From Macrostomum hystrix (taxonomy: Eukaryota; Animalia; Platyhelminthes), in contig CATNEN010000039.1 of assembly GCA_950097015.1 (NCBI GenBank), positions 10,044,001-10,108,000 on the forward strand: DNA of 64,000 bases, in the 5' to 3' direction. Shown one piece after another: positions 59,431 through 64,000 of the stretch. Every line of letters begins with the position of its first letter. Position 1 is the first letter of the stretch. The translations under genes and the position numbers were made by a program. Below the pieces are notes generated by a model. That model searched no databases. It was not told the origin of the DNA and saw only the letters and a list, made by a program, of their open reading frames with translations.

Positions 59431-60059
59431 AAACTCTGATTCCCTCTCTTCAACCTTCCTGAATTCGACCCATCGTCCCCTGAAGCCCTCACACGAACCC
59501 GAGTTTGTCAGTTGAAGTACATCTTAAAAATAACAAATTAGCCGATGAAGCCAGAAATTTGTTTCGGGAAACGGAACATTCATTTTTGACAGCCGAGACT
59601 AACGTCCGCCGACAATTTTCATTGGGCAGTTTTAGGCGAACATTCGCTTTCAGGAATAAAATTCTAGATAAATGGCAGCGGATACAAATGAGAGGCATGA
59701 AATCCCATTAGGTCAGGGGGTAAGGCGACCAGATCCCATTCAGTTCTCATAGGACCGGAGGGCCAAATCTCGCGGCTCCCAAATTATGGGAGCGATTTCG
59801 CTGAGAGAAAGGGAAACTAGTGGGAGAGTGAGGAAATGCGAGCAATAAGCCGAATACGATTCAGAAAGAGATGAGACGCGAGAAAGATGAGATAAGTGAG
59901 AGAGGTGAAACAAGAGGTGAGTGGTGAGAGGGAGGCGAATGAGAGGTTAGACAGACGAGAGTTGAGAGTTGAGAAATATCACAGAGGTGAGAGAGATGGG
60001 AGATATCATGTAGGTGAGAAGGTGAGAGAGACGTAAGAGAGGTGAGTGAAATGAGAGAG

Positions 60060-60900
60060 TTCAGAGAGGTTAGAGAGATGAGAGAGGTGAGACAGAGAGG
60101 TGAGATAGAAAGGTGAGATAGAGAGGTGAGATAGAGCGGTGAGAGAGGTGAGATAGAGAGGTGAGAGAGGTGAGAGAGGTGAGAGAGGTGAGAGAGGTGA
60201 GAGAGGTGAGAGAGGTGAGATAGAGAGGTGAGAGAGGTGAGAGAGGTGAGAGAGGTGAGATAGAGAGGTGAGAGAGGTGAGATAGAGAGATGAGAGAGGT
60301 GAGAGAGGTGAGAGAGGTGAGAGAGTTGAGAGAGGTGAGAGAGGTGAGAGAGGTGAGATAGAGAGGTGAGAGAGGTGAGAGAGGTGAGAGAGGTGAGAGA
60401 GGTGAGAGAGGTGAGAGAGGTGAGATAGAGAGGTGAGAGAGGTGAGAGAGGTGAGAGAGGTGAGAGAGGTGAGAGAGGTGAGAGAGGTGAGAGAGGTGAG
60501 ATAGAGAGGTGAGAGAGGTGAGAGAGGTGAGAGAGGTGAGAGAGGTGAGATAGAGAGGTGAGAGAGGTGAGAGAGGTGAGATAGAGAGGTGAGAGAGGTG
60601 AGAGAGGTGAGAGAGGTGAGAGAGGTGAGATAGAGAGGTGAGAGAGGTGAGAAGAGAGGTGAGAGAGGTGAGATAGAGAGGTGAGAGAGGTGAGAGAGGT
60701 GAGAGAGGTGAGATAGAGAGATGAGAGAGATGAGAGAGGTGAGAGAGGTGAGAGAGGTGAGAGAGGTGAGAGAGGTGAGAGAGGTGAGAGAGGTGAGAGA
60801 GGTGAGAGAGGTGAGATAGAGAGGTGAGAGAGGTGAGAGAGGTGAGAGAGGTGAGATGAGAGAGGTGAGAGAGGTGAGAGAGGTGAGAGAGGTGGGTGAG
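60060..60900. repeat. 9-bp repeat (GAGAGGTGA)n
   Basis: Direct reading. Confidence 0.95.
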
Positions 60901-61537
60901 GTAGAAGAGGTGTGAGAGGAGAGTAATGTGGTAGAGGTGATGGTAAGAGTGATAGCTCGTATGTAGTGAAGGTAAATCATGGGTTGGCTGCAAAACTTTT
61001 GATCTAGCTAAACTAGTTTAGTTAGAAGTCGAACACCTCATAACTCATTGCCGTTGAGGGTGTTATCGCAAAAAATGAAGGAAAGAAACGACTATGAGCT
61101 TGAAATGATGAAAAATGAATGAGTTCAGAGCAAGTTAGGCAAGTGTTCTTGCTATCCCTCAGAGTACAGTCTCAGCCGAAGTACTTGGCCAGTCTGTCTG
61201 GCACACTTCTGTCTCCACTTTCTTCTCCTCAAATAAGCAAATTTTTGCTCTGTGTCCGGCTTGAATCAATTGATAAATAAATCCCCACTCATGAGTCTGC
61301 CTTTCGAAAAAAATACACCCCCCAGGGAGTCGGGGTGACAGTTTAGTGATTGGATGAGAGACCGCATCGAAGATTGCTTGGACCTTGGAATGCAGAATAA
61401 GAACTAAAGCAATAGACAAAGAGATTTGAGATTTTGTCTACTTGTTTACTATAAGTAGTCACATGCGAATTCAATACTTTACCACTCGAAAGACCGAGGG
61501 GCTGTTTCAGATACTCAGGGGCTGTTTCAGATACTCA

Positions 61538-61930
61538 CATAACAACAACAAATTACAGCTACCCCGGCGGTGCCGAAGGTGGGTAACTGTCAAAATGCGC
61601 GCGGAAGCGCAGCGTTTCGCAGAATTGTCACTCCACGGGGGTCGGAGATGCCAGCGTCCGACAGAAGCAGGTCGACGTAGCGCACTGTCCTCGCCTGGCC
61701 ACACCGCCGCGGTCCCTGCAGGGAAAGCAACAGTACATCCTGCAGGGGCTCTGGGCAGCGCTGCTCCGCTCGAAAGACGTGTCCGGCCAGCTGCAGGCGC
61801 CGGGATCGCAGTAGCTGGCTTGGTCGACGGAGCTGGGCTCGGCGGTACAATTCATCGTTGGTGACAATGGTGGCGGTGTTCGGCGAGTAGTGGATCCCGA
61901 AGGCGGCGCGCAGGAGAGCTGCGAATAAGC
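61538..61930 (-). mobile_element. 5'-truncated RTE/RTE-X-like non-LTR retrotransposon 3' end
   Basis: LLRAAFGI..VTNDELYRRAQL..SQLLRSRRLQLAGHVFR (RTE-type ORF C-terminus), stop at 61590, a short 3' UTR and a (TTG)n tail. It abuts a family B fragment at 61935-62032. Confidence 0.75.
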
Positions 61931-62626
61931 AACTTCCAGAATCACAAAACATCGGCATCGTCGGGATGTTCAACGATTCACGTCGCAGTATTCCATGTGG
62001 TATTTCCACAGGGGGGATAGCGTGGTCTTTCTTAACCGTTTAAAATTACAATTGTACAAAAAATACGGGAGACTGGTGAGAGATGAAGAATGAAGAATGA
62101 AATTATATCAGAAAAAAGCCCATAGACTATGGAAAATTATACACGAGTCACAAACACTATTCTCGTGTCAGGGCAGATGTATGATCTTAAAATAAGAATT
62201 AGAATATGACCTTGGTGGGCACAACTGTTAAGACAAAAAAATCCTGTGTAATGGAGAAGGACAAAGCACACCTGAAAGTAACCAAAATCGAAAACTCATT
62301 TCGTCAGTAATAATTTCCCTGATTGCGAATATACGTGATTGCGATTCAACGAGAATATGAATTCTCACCAAATACAGAAATAGTCAGTCTGAGCTCGAAT
62401 GCATTCTGAGACATCCGGTCTGTACACCAAGAGCCCCATTGGGGCAGAATTACAAAAGTAACTTGTAATTTTAAATTGTAAAAGTAACTTAAAAAAATTC
62501 CTTTGTTTTAGCATCGAATAAAGCTAAAATGTCAACGAAGGCAAACGCGTTAATCTCTGCCTCTCTGCTACTTAACCCCCGTGTGCCTGCTTACTTATCA
62601 GGTGTGTGTGTGTGTTGTGCTCAGGA

Positions 62627-62882
62627 ATGGACTCAAACTATGTTGGGGCGTCCAGTTTGACTTCTCTAAGCGTTGTCCACAACACAAAAGTTTCGACGCG
62701 TCCGCCAATGGCTGAGCCGCACGGTGGGCAGAGTAGGTATAAAATAGCCGTTACTCCCAAAGCGCTCGCAGGCTGTATTGTGGACAATAAAAGTGCACAG
62801 CTCGATCAGTTAAGGGACGCTGGATTTCAAGCTGCATCCCAGATGCCTAGCAGCAGAGCATTTCGATGGCCGGCTAGCGCTG
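62627..62882 (+). CDS. Possible first coding exon of an unknown gene continuing beyond the window
   Basis: Acceptor GCTCAG|GA followed by ATG, an open frame MDSNYVG...RWPASA and a strong donor G|GTGAGT. No recognisable domain. Confidence 0.3.
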
Positions 62883-63049
62883 GTGAGTGAGAATTGAACT
62901 CAAACTAATTTAACAAATTAATCAGTTTTCTCAATGCTATCCGTTCTCATATCAAATCCCATCTAAACTTCCCCTGGCCTAATGACATCCTACTCACCTT
63001 CAGTTTTCTTCTCTGAGCTTTCACCCCCATTAACTCACCCTTCATCTCC

Positions 63050-64000
63050 CATTCACTCATCTTCCACTTCCCATTCACTCATCTTCCACTTCCCATTCAC
63101 TCATCTTCCACTTCCCATTCACTCATCTTCCGCATCCGATTCACTCATCTTCCACATCCCATTCACTCATCTTCCACATCCCATTCACTCATCTTCCACA
63201 TCCCATTCACTCATCTTCCACATCAGATTCACTCATCTTCCACCTTCCATTCACTCATCTTCCACTTCCGATTCACACATCTTCCACCTTCCATTCACTC
63301 ATCTTCCACATCCGATTCACTCATCTTCCACCTTCCATTCACTCATCTTCCACATCAGATTCACTCATCTTCCACCTTCCATTCACTCATCTTCCACATC
63401 CGATTCACTCATCTTCCACTTCCGATTCACTCATCTTCCACCTTCCATTCACTCATCTTCCACATCAGATTCACTCATCTTCCACCTTCCATTCACTCAT
63501 CTTCCACTTCCGATTCACTCATCTTCCACCTTCCATTCACTCATCTTCCACATCCGATTCACTCAACTTCCACCTTCCATTCACTCATCCTCCACATCCG
63601 ATTCACTCATCTTCCACCTTCCATTCACTCATCTTCCACATCCGATTCACTCATCTTCCACCTTCCATTCACTCATCTTCCACATCCGATTCACTCATCT
63701 TCCACCTTCCATTCACTCATCTTCCACATCAGATTCACTCATCTTCCACCTCCCATTCACTCATCTTCCGCCTCCGATTCACTCATCTTCCACCTCCCAT
63801 TCACTCATCTTCCACCTCCCATTCACTCATCTTCCACCTCCCATTCACTCATCTTCCACCTCCCATTCACTCATCTTCCACCTCCCATTCACTCATACTC
63901 CACATCCCATTCACTCATCTTCCACTTCCCATTCACTCATCTTCCACATCAGATTCACTCATCTTCCACCTCCCATTCACTCATCCTACACATCCCATTC
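63050..64000. repeat. 22-bp minisatellite (CCATTCACTCATCTTCCAC[A/C/T]TC)n running to the window end
   Basis: Direct reading. Confidence 0.95.

Noticed and set aside
56711-60993. Long Pro/Ser/Leu/His-rich ORFs
   Set aside because: They are translations of 9-24-bp simple repeats.
61159-61419. Possible minus-strand exon
   Set aside because: No recognisable domain or partner exons could be established.

Overview
Eukaryotic (animal) genomic DNA with GC-rich exons, GT-AG introns, and introns and intergenic DNA packed with locus-specific minisatellites and transposons. The style suggests a free-living flatworm such as Macrostomum; this is an inference and was not verified. Host genes reconstructed by hand from splice sites and reading phase: a plakin-family gene (minus strand, running off the left edge), an intronless peptide-type class A GPCR, a compact two-exon Borealin/CDCA8 orthologue, an intronless secreted Cys-rich/LamG protein, a 12-exon EMC1 and an MCTP gene. 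Mobile DNA: an intact BEL/Pao LTR retrotransposon (apparently identical 290-bp LTRs, GTCAC TSD, tRNA-iMet-type PBS) 315 bp upstream of the Borealin ATG; a CCC-ended EnSpm/CMC-like derivative ending 54 bp before the LamG gene; a KP-like internally deleted THAP/P element; a CACTA-like foldback; an RTE-like 3' fragment; a probable LTR remnant; and several SINE/MITE families. One SINE family carries a 14-nt match to the HDV ribozyme P3/L3 core, and one of its copies has an inverted 5' part. No CRISPR array, rRNA or intact tRNA gene was found. Long ORFs lying over tandem repeats are judged artefacts.
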